In this document: positions 1 to 9,631 of the stretch, piece by piece
How the letters are laid out: the number at the start of each line of letters is the position of its first letter
How positions within the stretch are numbered: the first letter of the stretch is position 1
Position numbers and translations under genes: made by a program
From: Candidatus Magasanikiibacteriota bacterium
GTDB lineage: Bacteria > Patescibacteriota > Patescibacteriia > Magasanikbacterales > GWA2-37-8
Length of the DNA stretch: 64,000 bases
NCBI GenBank assembly: GCA_963802255.1
Contig: CAWDHY010000001.1
Span: forward strand, 427,842-491,841
Reading direction: 5' to 3'
The notes under the pieces: generated by a model
The model's database searches: none
Seen by the model: the letters and a program-made list of their open reading frames with translations, nothing else
Told to the model about the DNA's origin: nothing

Positions 1-15
1 CGCATAATTTTTTTC

Positions 16-969
16 ATGAAAAAATTAAGCATAGTTACATCCGCATACAAAAGTGAAAAATATTTGGAGACATATTTTAAGAACATAACCGAATTAGATG
101 GTTTTTGCGATTTTGTGATTATTTTGATTCTCAACGACCCAAACGAAAAAGAAAAGCAAATTGCTGATTATTTTAAAAATAAATATCCTGATAATATTCG
201 CATTGAACAAGTGCCGAGAGAAAGCATAGGTGCGTCCACTAATCGAGGTTTTGCGTTAGCAACAACTGAATATATCACTTATGCGGATGTTGATGATTAC
301 AAAAAAATAGATTGTTACAGCCGACAGTTAAAAACCTTGGAAGATAATCGGGACAAAGGTTTCGCATACGGCGATATTATTATGGTACCGGGCCAAGGTG
401 TTTTTGATGGATTGCGCATTAAAGCGCCTGAATTTACAAGAGAAACAGCGACACGAAGTTCTATTGTCGGCCCTAATCATTTTTTTAGAAAAAAATTATT
501 GGATAAATGCGGATACTGGGACGAACAATTCAAGTCGGGTGGCGATTTTGATTTTCAAATTCGCGCAGGGTTTAATACTGATTTCAAAAAAATTGCCGGC
601 GAACCGTTGTTGTATTACACGCGCTACGAGGGGAGTGGGAGCGCCAGTAGTAATGAATTGCAACAAATTGAACGCACGGTTATTGAATTACGGTATGGAA
701 TTTATGATAAAATAAATTATAAATATCTGCCGAAAGCTTTGGAATATGATATTTTTCATGTTTATTATGGTGGTCAAAAAAAGCATATTAGCGAATTGGT
801 TCCGAATTACAAAGAAATGATGGAGGAAAGGTATAAAAAATACTTTAAAAAGGGGATTAGGCGGAATATGATCAAACCGGAAATTGTAGAAAAAATAGAG
901 TTAGGATTAAAATATTTTTTCAAACGACCTATTTGGACGGTTAAAAAATTGTTTAAAATCAATTCATGA
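16..969 (+). CDS. GT2 family glycosyltransferase
   Basis: 317 aa ORF. N-terminal 'SIVTSAYKSEKYLETYFKNI' resembles the GT2 'VIIPTYN.EKYL' signature. A DxD-like 'YADVDDY' is present. Context is a glycan cluster. Confidence 0.55.
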   Translation: MKKLSIVTSAYKSEKYLETYFKNITELDGFCDFVIILILNDPNEKEKQIADYFKNKYPDNIRIEQVPRESIGASTNRGFALATTEYITYADVDDYKKIDCYSRQLKTLEDNRDKGFAYGDIIMVPGQGVFDGLRIKAPEFTRETATRSSIVGPNHFFRKKLLDKCGYWDEQFKSGGDFDFQIRAGFNTDFKKIAGEPLLYYTRYEGSGSASSNELQQIERTVIELRYGIYDKINYKYLPKALEYDIFHVYYGGQKKHISELVPNYKEMMEERYKKYFKKGIRRNMIKPEIVEKIELGLKYFFKRPIWTVKKLFKINS

Positions 970-1982
970 AGAAGATCTTAGTTTTACCGGTAAAAAATGA
1001 AGAGTGGATTCTGGAAAAATTTTTGGAGATTAACTCACTTTGGGCTGATCATATTATTATTGCTGACCAAAATTCAACCGATAAAACTTTAGAGATATGT
1101 AAAAAATTTTCAAAGGTTATCGTTATCAAAAATGAAGCAAAATTTCATTCAAGTAGTGTAAGAAAATTGTTACTTGATACTGCGCGACAGTTTGACGGCA
1201 ATAATATTATTTTTAGTTTTGATGCCGATGAAATACCCACAACGCATATATTAAATAATGCTTTTTGGTCTAAAGTGGCTACTTTAACGCCAGGTTCCGC
1301 TATAATGTTGCAGTGGATAAATTTGTGGCGTTCACAATATAAATACAGAAATGACAATTCAATTTGGTCTGATTGCTGGAAACATTTCGGATTTATTGAT
1401 GACAGAATTTGTGATTTTACAAATGTCGGTGTCATAAACGACCATACATCAAGGATTCCATTAGTGTGTTTGGAAAATACAGTCACTTTTGAATTACCAA
1501 AAATAATGCATTTTCAATTTGTTAATTGGCAAAGAATGTTGTCGAAACAATGTTATTACGTTATTTCCGAAGCGATGCATAAAAAAAATAGTGCTTTGGA
1601 TATCGTTAAAATTAATAGAAAATATTTTGCGACACATGATGAGCGCAACATTTTACTTGATAATGTACCTGAAGATTGGTTTGGCACATACGAATTGAAT
1701 TTCGACTTAGTCGAAAATAGTAAGTCAATTAATTGGTATGATTATGAGGTTTTGAAAATTTTAAATAATAATACCACAAAATTTGCTTGGTATGATATTT
1801 GGGATATTGATTGGGAAGAAAAAAGACAAATAGCAATTGAGAAAGGACATAAATTAGAAATTCCGGATTTAGAAATTAAAGACCCGAGAAATATATTGCA
1901 AAAATTTTATCATTCTACAATGCAGAGATTTATTTCTGATAATTCAATTATATATAAAATATTTAAATTTTTTAAAAAATAG
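966..1982 (+). CDS. glycosyltransferase family 2-like (Glyco_tranf_2_4-type) protein
   Basis: 338 aa. 'LVLPVKNEEWILEKFLEINSLWADHIIIADQNSTDKT' matches the PF13704-type GT2 N-terminal signature. ATGA start overlap with the upstream GT2. Confidence 0.5.
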   Translation: MKKILVLPVKNEEWILEKFLEINSLWADHIIIADQNSTDKTLEICKKFSKVIVIKNEAKFHSSSVRKLLLDTARQFDGNNIIFSFDADEIPTTHILNNAFWSKVATLTPGSAIMLQWINLWRSQYKYRNDNSIWSDCWKHFGFIDDRICDFTNVGVINDHTSRIPLVCLENTVTFELPKIMHFQFVNWQRMLSKQCYYVISEAMHKKNSALDIVKINRKYFATHDERNILLDNVPEDWFGTYELNFDLVENSKSINWYDYEVLKILNNNTTKFAWYDIWDIDWEEKRQIAIEKGHKLEIPDLEIKDPRNILQKFYHSTMQRFISDNSIIYKIFKFFKK

Positions 1983-1992
1983 ACTGCTAATT

Positions 1993-2739
1993 ATGAATAA
2001 ATTTAAATTAATAGATGATAATGAAAGCTATCTTGCGCATAATTCTGAATTTGAAAAAGAAGGCGCATTAGAACGGCATCAAGATTGTTTTGCTGAATAT
2101 GATCGGCGCAATCAATTTATACATTTAGGTTTTGAAAAAATAGCGAGTGAAGCCGCGTTATCCGTTCAAATACATATTGATGTCGGATCAGGCGGAGGTT
2201 GGTTGCTGCTTAAGACGGCGCATCTCTTTAAAAAGGTGATAGGCATTGAACCCTCAAAAGCCGGCGTGGATGTTTCAAAAAAAATTACTCAACAATTCCA
2301 TAATATTTCCCACATAAATGCAGGCATGATTGAAGCGCTTAATAATATGAATATTGATGAGCCGGTTTTTTTAACTACTTCAATTGTGCTTTCCCATATT
2401 CCAGATAAAATTGTATTACAATTCCTAAAACTAATTAATAATGTGCCACTTGGTTCTGTATTATATTTTGGGGAACCATATGGGAAAAACCGTCAGCAAT
2501 ATTTGTGGCATATTAGAAGTAAAGAGTGGTGGGCGTATCATTTACCAAATTGGGAATTAAGATTTAACGATGTGTTAGCAGATAATTATTGTTATGGTGT
2601 AATTGGCGAATGCGTTGGTAAAAGTGCAGTAAAAAGTGATTACAAAATGACGCGAGTTAAAAAAATTCGATGGATAATAAGCGGGGTGCCTTCTCGTATC
2701 AAGTATGTGTTGAGATTGTTACTTAATTTTTTTCGCTAG
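1993..2739 (+). CDS. class I SAM-dependent methyltransferase
   Basis: 248 aa. Motif I 'IDVGSGGGWLL' is the glycine-rich SAM-binding loop. Confidence 0.5.
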   Translation: MNKFKLIDDNESYLAHNSEFEKEGALERHQDCFAEYDRRNQFIHLGFEKIASEAALSVQIHIDVGSGGGWLLLKTAHLFKKVIGIEPSKAGVDVSKKITQQFHNISHINAGMIEALNNMNIDEPVFLTTSIVLSHIPDKIVLQFLKLINNVPLGSVLYFGEPYGKNRQQYLWHIRSKEWWAYHLPNWELRFNDVLADNYCYGVIGECVGKSAVKSDYKMTRVKKIRWIISGVPSRIKYVLRLLLNFFR

Positions 2740-2766
2740 TAATGACGTGCTATTAATAATAAGGAT

Positions 2767-3684
2767 ATGAATATTAAAAATATTTTAAAAAATTTATTTG
2801 TTAAATTAATCAATTCATTTTTGAATAAATTTGGAAAGAAATTTGTTATAGTTTCTAACAGGTTGAATGATTGTAAACCGAGTTTTGCTGTTAAGGCCGA
2901 CCTTGGTTATTGGTATGTTGGAGATATTTATAACGAAGCCGATATTTCAAATGGCATTGCTAATAATGGTTATGTGGAAAAAAATGAAACTGAATTGGTA
3001 ATTAAAATTATTAATTATTTGCTTGAAAATAAAGATGATATTGTGGTTTATGATGTTGGTGCTAACACGGGTTATTATGGAATACTCACAGCAACGGTTG
3101 GTGGTGGCAGAGTAAAAGTTTTTTCATTTGAACCCGTTAAAGAACACGTTGATATATTGCGCGAGAGTTTAAAATTAAATCATTTGGAAAACAAGATTAC
3201 TGTTTTCTCAGTGGCTTTGAGCAACGAGGATGGTGAAATTAGTATATTTTTATCCGGTACCGGTTCAACAATAGTGAAAGGATTTATGAATGTTGCGGAG
3301 GATAATCAAAGAAACGTTGCTGTCAAAAAATTGGATGGTCTGATTTTGGCGAATAATATGGATTTGCCGGATTTCATAAAAATAGATATTGAAGGGGCCG
3401 AATATAACATGCTTTGCGGTAGTAAAGAAGCTATAGCCAAATCGCGTCCAATAATATTTATGGAGATAATCGCCCATGTTCAAAATGGAAAGCAGGTATT
3501 TAATAATGCTCAGAGTACCGCGACCTTGAATCTGTTAAGAAATGATTTTGGATACGCGGTTTTTTGTTTGGTTGATGATAAATTAAAAAAGGTCGAATCA
3601 AATTGGGATATTGAAGGCACAAAAATGTATTTATGTTTGGATGTGGCAAAACACAGTGAATTAATTAACAGATTATGTCTTTAA
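2767..3684 (+). CDS. FkbM family methyltransferase
   Basis: 305 aa. 'VVYDVGANTGYY...FSFEPVKEHVDILRE' and 'IKIDIEGAEYNML' are the FkbM hallmarks. Confidence 0.65.
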   Translation: MNIKNILKNLFVKLINSFLNKFGKKFVIVSNRLNDCKPSFAVKADLGYWYVGDIYNEADISNGIANNGYVEKNETELVIKIINYLLENKDDIVVYDVGANTGYYGILTATVGGGRVKVFSFEPVKEHVDILRESLKLNHLENKITVFSVALSNEDGEISIFLSGTGSTIVKGFMNVAEDNQRNVAVKKLDGLILANNMDLPDFIKIDIEGAEYNMLCGSKEAIAKSRPIIFMEIIAHVQNGKQVFNNAQSTATLNLLRNDFGYAVFCLVDDKLKKVESNWDIEGTKMYLCLDVAKHSELINRLCL

Positions 3685-4911
3685 TAAGTTTGGCAAAAAA
3701 AATATTTCCGTCTTGTTTTTTAAATAAAGCGAAAATTTTATTGTCTTATTATCGATTGCATATTTCTCGCTTTCGTGGCGGAAACTGCGAATACAATAAT
3801 AATATATCAAATGATAATAAAAAAAGAATTTTATTTTACGATATTAATGGCTTATCATACGCAGGAACACAAAAAAATTTGCAAATTTTAGCCAAATATC
3901 TTGATAAGGAAAAATATGAAGTTTTTTTCATGTATTCTTCCAAAAATCATAGCGAACGAAAGGGATATTTGGAAAATTCCGGCATTAATTTGATTGATTT
4001 TGATTATGAAAGTGTTGAAAAAAAATTGCCGTTTTATATTACCGGAATGAAACCGCATATTTTTGATGTGATAAAAGATCATAAAATTGATTTATTTGTA
4101 ACGGCGGGTTCGGGTTACCCGGAATTTCCAACGGCAAATATTACCAAATTACCAATAATTTTTATTAATGTTTTTGGTTCTGTTACTGTACAAAAAAATA
4201 TCAAAAAACATGTCTGCATGTCGCACTTATTAGCCAATATTATCAATAAATGTATTCCAAATAATAAAATAGAGGTTTTATATATTCCCAGCGAAGGTCC
4301 CGTTGAAAATTCTGTTGAATTGGGTGAAGATATTACGAAAAAAATTAGGTTTTAATGACAATGATGTGGTTTTTGGAAGAATTGGCCGACCCGATGATAA
4401 TATATTTGACCCGATTGGCATAAATGCCTTTAAAGAAGTTGTTAAAAAATATTCCAACGCTCATTATTTGATTGTGGCGCCATCGCCAAAATTAGAGCAA
4501 ATTGTGCGCGAAGAAAATATTCCGAATGTGCATTTTTTACCTTTGATTGCCGAGGAAAAAGATGTGTGGGCTTTCCATAATGCCATTGATGTTTTAGCCC
4601 ATTTTCGCAAAGATGGCGAAACATGCGGTTTGAATATTGCCGAATCAATGTTGTGTGGAAAGCCGATAATTTCGCACAAATCTGTTGTTTGGAATGCTCA
4701 TTTGGAATATTTGGATAATTCCTTCTCGCGCGTCGCGGAAATTGATGATTCAAATCAATATGCGGAATATATGAAAGAATTTATTGAAGCAAAAAATAAC
4801 GGCAAAATTGTTGAAATGGGCAAACGCGCAAAAGAAAAAGGTGATGAATTGTTTTTAATCCAAAACAACATTGGTAAATTTGAAAAATGGATTGATGAAG
4901 CATTAAATTGA
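3675..4911 (+). pseudogene. GT4 (group 1) glycosyltransferase split by a +1 frameshift at an A7 tract
   Basis: ORFs 3675-4355 (GT-B N-terminal half) and 4303-4911 (GT1 C-terminal half with 'VVFGRIGRP...EGFGLNIAESMLCGKPII'-like motifs) lie in different frames and overlap by 53 nt. Removing one A from 'gaaaaaaatt' (4336-4342) gives '...GEDITKKLGFNDNDVVFGRIGRP', which fits the usual GT1 linker. Confidence 0.6.
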
Positions 4912-4912
4912 T

Positions 4913-5842
4913 ATGTCTTTAGTAATTCTAACAAAATCACCTGTATTTAATTTTAAAGATTTTATTAGACGTATTAAATCTTTTATCAAATTTTTGCTTG
5001 GGCAAAAGCGCGGACCGGATGTGGTAGTTGATAGTTTATTAAAAGGACTGAAAGAGTTAAATTTTGATTTTAAATTTAATATTAGCGCGAGCAAAATTAA
5101 ACCCGATGATATTGTGTATATAAATGGAAGCTTGGAAGCTTTGAAGTGGGCGATAGAGGCAAAAAAGAAAGGAAAAATTAAAAAATTAATTGTTGGTCCT
5201 GTAATGTCTGTTTTACCGACTGATCATAATTCAATAATGCTAAACAAAGAAATTGATCTGATTTTATTTCCATCGCATTGGACAAAAAATCATTGGTTGT
5301 CAATGGTAAAGGATTTGGATAATAAAATTAAAATTTGGCCTGCTGGAGTTGTCGTGTCGGAATTGAACAATGATAAAAAGGACACGGTGCTGATTTACTA
5401 CAAAAATGCGCCAAAGGAATTATTTTCATTTATTATTAAATTTTTTAGCACTAATAAAATCGAATATAGGGTTATTAAATACGGCAAATATAGCCAGAAT
5501 AAATATTTTGGTTTATTGAATAAAACAAAATACGCAATTTTTTTGTCTGAATCGGAAAGTCAGGGGATTGCGATGTTTGAAGCGTGGGCGCATAATGTGC
5601 CGACCATAGTGTGGAATCGCGGGTATTGGCAGTCCGGCTCGCGTAATTGGTCGGACGAGAAAATAAGTGCGCCGTATTTAAATGCGTATTGTGGAATGTT
5701 TTTTGCGGATGAAAATGATTTTGTTGATAAATTTAATTTATTTGTTAGCAAAATTAGTGCATTTTCACCAAGAGAATACATTATAAATAATTTTACAAAC
5801 AAAAAAATAGCTGAAAATTTTACTAAATTAATCAATGAATAA
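4913..5842 (+). CDS. putative GT-B fold glycosyltransferase
   Basis: 309 aa. C-terminal 'FLSESESQGIAMFEAWAHNVPTIVW' resembles the GT1/GT4 nucleotide-sugar binding E-x7-E region. The family cannot be assigned from sequence alone. Confidence 0.4.
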   Translation: MSLVILTKSPVFNFKDFIRRIKSFIKFLLGQKRGPDVVVDSLLKGLKELNFDFKFNISASKIKPDDIVYINGSLEALKWAIEAKKKGKIKKLIVGPVMSVLPTDHNSIMLNKEIDLILFPSHWTKNHWLSMVKDLDNKIKIWPAGVVVSELNNDKKDTVLIYYKNAPKELFSFIIKFFSTNKIEYRVIKYGKYSQNKYFGLLNKTKYAIFLSESESQGIAMFEAWAHNVPTIVWNRGYWQSGSRNWSDEKISAPYLNAYCGMFFADENDFVDKFNLFVSKISAFSPREYIINNFTNKKIAENFTKLINE

Positions 5843-5845
5843 TAT

Positions 5846-6551
5846 ATGATGGGTCGCATAATTGCTTTAATAAAATCACCGTTTAAATATTTTTTAAATA
5901 AAAAGTTTTATAGTCAATTTGTGGGCGATAATAAATTGTTTTTTGATATTGGAGCAAATGTAGGTTTTAAAACAAAAGTATTTAGAAGTTTGGGCGTTTC
6001 TGTTGTTTCGGTAGAACCGCAGGAAAATTGTTTTGCGATTTTAAAAAATAAATTTGGAGAAGATGGCAAGGTTAAATTAGTAAATAAAGGAATTAGCAAT
6101 CAGAGCGGTGAGATGAAAATAAAAATTAGTTCGTCCTCTTCATTGATTTCAACTTTTTCGGACAAATGGCAAAAAGATGGTCGTTTTAGCAATTTTGTTT
6201 ATGACAATGAACAGATTGTCGCAAGTCATTACTTTTGACGACCTTGTGACAAATTATGGAATGCCTGATTTTGCGAAAATTGACGTGGAAGGGTATGAAT
6301 ATGAAGTTATTAGTGGATTGACCAAAAAAATTCCGTGTTTGAGTTTTGAGTTTACTTCTGAATTTTTTGCTGATTCCATAAAAATTATGAATCATTTGGC
6401 TAATTTGGGTTTTACTGAATTTAATTGTGGCATTGGTGAAAAAATGGCTCTGGCGATGGATAAATGGTTGAATAAAGAAGATTTTATTAATTATATAAAT
6501 GAAAAAATTAAAATAGATACTGATTTGTGGGGCGATATTTACGCGAGGTAA
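5846..6551 (+). pseudogene. FkbM family methyltransferase split by a frameshift
   Basis: ORF 5846-6238 carries 'FFDIGANVGFKT...VSVEPQENCF' and ORF 6177-6551 carries 'FDDL...FAKIDVEGYEYEVISG'. They are in different frames. The junction is near 6222-6228 ('gcaagtc'), not a homopolymer. Confidence 0.55.
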
Positions 6552-6560
6552 TTTTGTCTT

Positions 6561-7328
6561 ATGAAAATATTAAGAAAATTATTTTATTTAATATCCCGCA
6601 ATAATTTTATTTATCGAGTGGCAAAGCGTTTAGTTTTTGACCACCGCGGAGAGAATAATTGCGAGATTGATACCAACGGAGAGATGTTTGTCCTAAAAAA
6701 ATATTTAAATGAAAATGATGTAATTTTTGACGTTGGAGCAAATGTGGGTGATTGGACAAAAACGGTTTTGGATATAGTTCCGAACGCGATAGTTCACTGT
6801 TTTGAGCCCGGGCATTCAACTTATAACAAATTGGAACAAAATATTGATTCAAAAAATGTTGTGCTTAATAATTTTGGATTAGGTTCTGCGAACGAGGAAA
6901 AGGAATTCTATATTTTTGACAATGATTCAACGGTTAATTCTTTGTATTTGCGAGATGAATTGGTTGATAAAAATAAAGTTGTTACGGAAAAAGTCGCAAT
7001 AAAAAAATTAGATGATTATTGTTTTGATAATAAAATTGAAAAAATAGATTTTTTAAAAATCGATGTTGAAGGCAATGAAATGGAAGTTTTGAAGGGCGCG
7101 GAAAGAATGTTAAAAGAAAAAAATATTAATATAATTCAGTTGGAATATGGCGGTACATACATTGATGCCGGAATATTTTTAAAGGATGTATTTGATTATT
7201 TTAACAATTATTCATTCTCATTTTTCAAAATATTACCTGATAGATTGGATAAGGTTCAATACGTAAAAGATTTGGAAAATTTTCAATATTGCAATTACTT
7301 GATTATTAATGATGAATATAATAAATAA
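6561..7328 (+). CDS. FkbM family methyltransferase
   Basis: 255 aa. 'VIFDVGANVGDWT...VHCFEPGHSTYNKL' and 'FLKIDVEGNEMEVLKGA'. Confidence 0.65.
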   Translation: MKILRKLFYLISRNNFIYRVAKRLVFDHRGENNCEIDTNGEMFVLKKYLNENDVIFDVGANVGDWTKTVLDIVPNAIVHCFEPGHSTYNKLEQNIDSKNVVLNNFGLGSANEEKEFYIFDNDSTVNSLYLRDELVDKNKVVTEKVAIKKLDDYCFDNKIEKIDFLKIDVEGNEMEVLKGAERMLKEKNINIIQLEYGGTYIDAGIFLKDVFDYFNNYSFSFFKILPDRLDKVQYVKDLENFQYCNYLIINDEYNK

Positions 7329-8058
7329 AATGAAAAGTTTGATTAAGAAAATTTTGAAAGTTTTGCTAACGCCGTTTATCGTGGCGGATTATTTTAGGAT
7401 TAAAAAAAATATTAAGACAAAACGTTTTGATTTATCGCTAAAAAATTCTTATCCCTGTATCAAAGACAAAACCATAAAAACCGGTTTTGATCGCCATTAT
7501 GTTTATCACACTTCTTGGGCGGGGCGGAAAGTGAAAGAAATAAATCCGGAGTTTCACACGGATATTTCATCAAGTTTGTATTTTGCGGGTATTGTTTCCG
7601 CTTTTGTGCCCGTAAAATTTTATGATTATCGGCCGGCTGATATAATTTTGAATAATTTGGAGAGTTTGCAGGCTGATTTGTTAAACTTGCCTTTTGAAGA
7701 TGACAGTATTAAATCCTTGTCTTGCATGCATGTGGTTGAGCATATCGGGCTTGGCCGGTATGGCGATAAATTGGATTATGATGGCGACCTGAAAGCGATA
7801 AATGAATTAAAAAGAGTTTTGGCAGTAGGCGGTAATTTGTTGTTTGTGGTGCCGATGGGCAAAAAAGCAAAAATAGAATTCAACGCGCACCGAATTTATG
7901 AGTATGAGCAGATAATTGAATATTTCTCCGGCTTAACATTAAAAGAATTTGCTTTAATACCGGAAAATAGCGGTCAAATGATTTTTGCCGGTGATGCGGA
8001 AGAAAAATTAAAAAAAGAAAATTACGCTTGCGGTTGTTTTTGGTTTGTAAAAAATTAA
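7309..8058 (+). CDS. SAM-dependent methyltransferase (DUF268-like)
   Basis: 249 aa. 'SLSCMHVVEHIGLGRYGD...LKRVLAVGGNLLFVVP' resembles methyltransferase type 11 / DUF268 proteins found in O-antigen clusters. Confidence 0.45.
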   Translation: MMNIINKMKSLIKKILKVLLTPFIVADYFRIKKNIKTKRFDLSLKNSYPCIKDKTIKTGFDRHYVYHTSWAGRKVKEINPEFHTDISSSLYFAGIVSAFVPVKFYDYRPADIILNNLESLQADLLNLPFEDDSIKSLSCMHVVEHIGLGRYGDKLDYDGDLKAINELKRVLAVGGNLLFVVPMGKKAKIEFNAHRIYEYEQIIEYFSGLTLKEFALIPENSGQMIFAGDAEEKLKKENYACGCFWFVKN

Positions 8059-8062
8059 TTAT

Positions 8063-8857
8063 ATGCGCGTTATCAAAATTAAAGGCGGTCTTGGAAACCA
8101 GATGTTTCAATATGCCTATGGCAGAAATTTGGAAATTGCAGGAAAGCAAATTTCTTTTGATATTTCTTTTTTTGATGGCGCAAAGCCCGTTTTTGACACG
8201 GCCAGAATTTTTAAATTGAATAAATTTAATATTCAAACAAAAGCAAGGTTTGGCAAGTTTATCACCAAAAAAGATTTACTTATTAATTATTTAAATAAAA
8301 TAAAAAGACGGTTGGGTTTTTTTGTTGATGAATATTATCAGAATGAAAAATATTTTATTGATATTGCGGGCGAGATAAAAAAAGAATTTACTTTAAAAAA
8401 TGATTTTTCAGAGAAAGCAAAAGAATATTTGCAAAGAATAGAAAACAGCAATTCCGTGTCGTTGCACATAAGGCGAGGGGATTATGTGGAGAATAAAAAA
8501 GTTAACGCTTATCACGGTGTTTGCGGTTTGGATTATTACAATGAGGCAATGAGAATAATTAAAGAAAAAATAAATAATCCTGTTTTTTTTGTTTTTTCTG
8601 ATGATATTGCTTGGGCGAAAGAAAATTTGAAAGGCACGGAATTTGTTTTTGTTTCTTGCCCAGAAATTGAAGATGTTGAAGAATTAATTTTGATGAGTAA
8701 ATGCAAACATAATATTATTGCCAATAGCAGTTTTAGCTGGTGGGGGGCGTGGCTGAATAATAATTCCGAAAAAATTGTGATTGCGCCAAAAAAATGGTTT
8801 AATAATAAAAAAGCCAAACAAATGGATATTGTGCCGTCAAATTGGTTAAGAATATAA
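8063..8857 (+). CDS. GT11 family alpha-1,2-fucosyltransferase
   Basis: 264 aa. N-terminal 'KIKGGLGNQMFQYAYG' and 'HIRRGDYV' are the diagnostic GT11 (FutC/WbsJ) motifs. Confidence 0.7.
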   Translation: MRVIKIKGGLGNQMFQYAYGRNLEIAGKQISFDISFFDGAKPVFDTARIFKLNKFNIQTKARFGKFITKKDLLINYLNKIKRRLGFFVDEYYQNEKYFIDIAGEIKKEFTLKNDFSEKAKEYLQRIENSNSVSLHIRRGDYVENKKVNAYHGVCGLDYYNEAMRIIKEKINNPVFFVFSDDIAWAKENLKGTEFVFVSCPEIEDVEELILMSKCKHNIIANSSFSWWGAWLNNNSEKIVIAPKKWFNNKKAKQMDIVPSNWLRI

Positions 8858-8858
8858 T

Positions 8859-9628
8859 ATGCCAAAAGTTAGTGTAATGATGGTCGCTTATAACAGAGAA
8901 AAGTATTTATCTGCAAGCGATTGAAAGTGTTGTCTTACAAAACTTTTCCGATTGGGAACTTATTATTGTGAATGACGGCTCAACGGATAATACCGATAAA
9001 ATTATAAAAAAATATATAGGTCAAAATTTGCCGATAAAATATTCTTTGCAAGTCCGGAATAAAGGAATAGCCGAGAGCAGGAAAATCGCCTTATCTTTGT
9101 GTGAAGGAGAATATTTGGCCGTACTTGATAGCGATGATGTTTGGACTGATAAAGATAAATTAAAAAAACAAGTTGATTTTCTTGATAATAATAAAGATTA
9201 TGTTTTAGTCGGCGGTATGGCAGGAATAATTGACCAGGCGGGTTCAGTTATTGGAAAGATTAATTTTGAGCAAACAGATGAGCGAATCAGAAATAAATTA
9301 TTATTCAGCAATCAATTTGTTCATTCCTCAATAATGTACAGAAGAGAAGTAGCGCTTGAGATCGGTGGTTATAAGGAGTATAAATTGGGGGAAGATTACG
9401 ACTTGATTTTGCGAATGGGAAAAAAAGGTAAATTGATGAATTTGTCTAGACATATTAATTGATTATCGCAAGCATTTATCAAGCGCCACTTGGAAAAACA
9501 GGGCATTTTCCGCCAAAGAGCATTTGAGAATAATAAGGCAATACAATGATGGCTCTTATCCCAATTATTGTTTGGCAATTATAAAAGCATATTTTAGAAT
9601 TATGTTTGCCTATTTACGATTAATTTAA
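8859..9628 (+). pseudogene. GT2 glycosyltransferase disrupted by two frameshifts
   Basis: ATG at 8859 gives 'MPKVSVMMVAYNREKYLSASD*' with a stop at 8922-8924. The +1 frame continues 'LQAIESVVLQNFSDWELIIVNDGSTDNTDK...', the classic GT2 N-terminus, to 9462. A second shift near 9450-9460 leads into '...LIDYRKHLSSATWKNRAFSAKEHLRIIRQY...LRLI*' (the GT2 C-terminal 'YRxH' tail), ending at 9628. Confidence 0.55.
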
Positions 9629-9631
9629 CAA

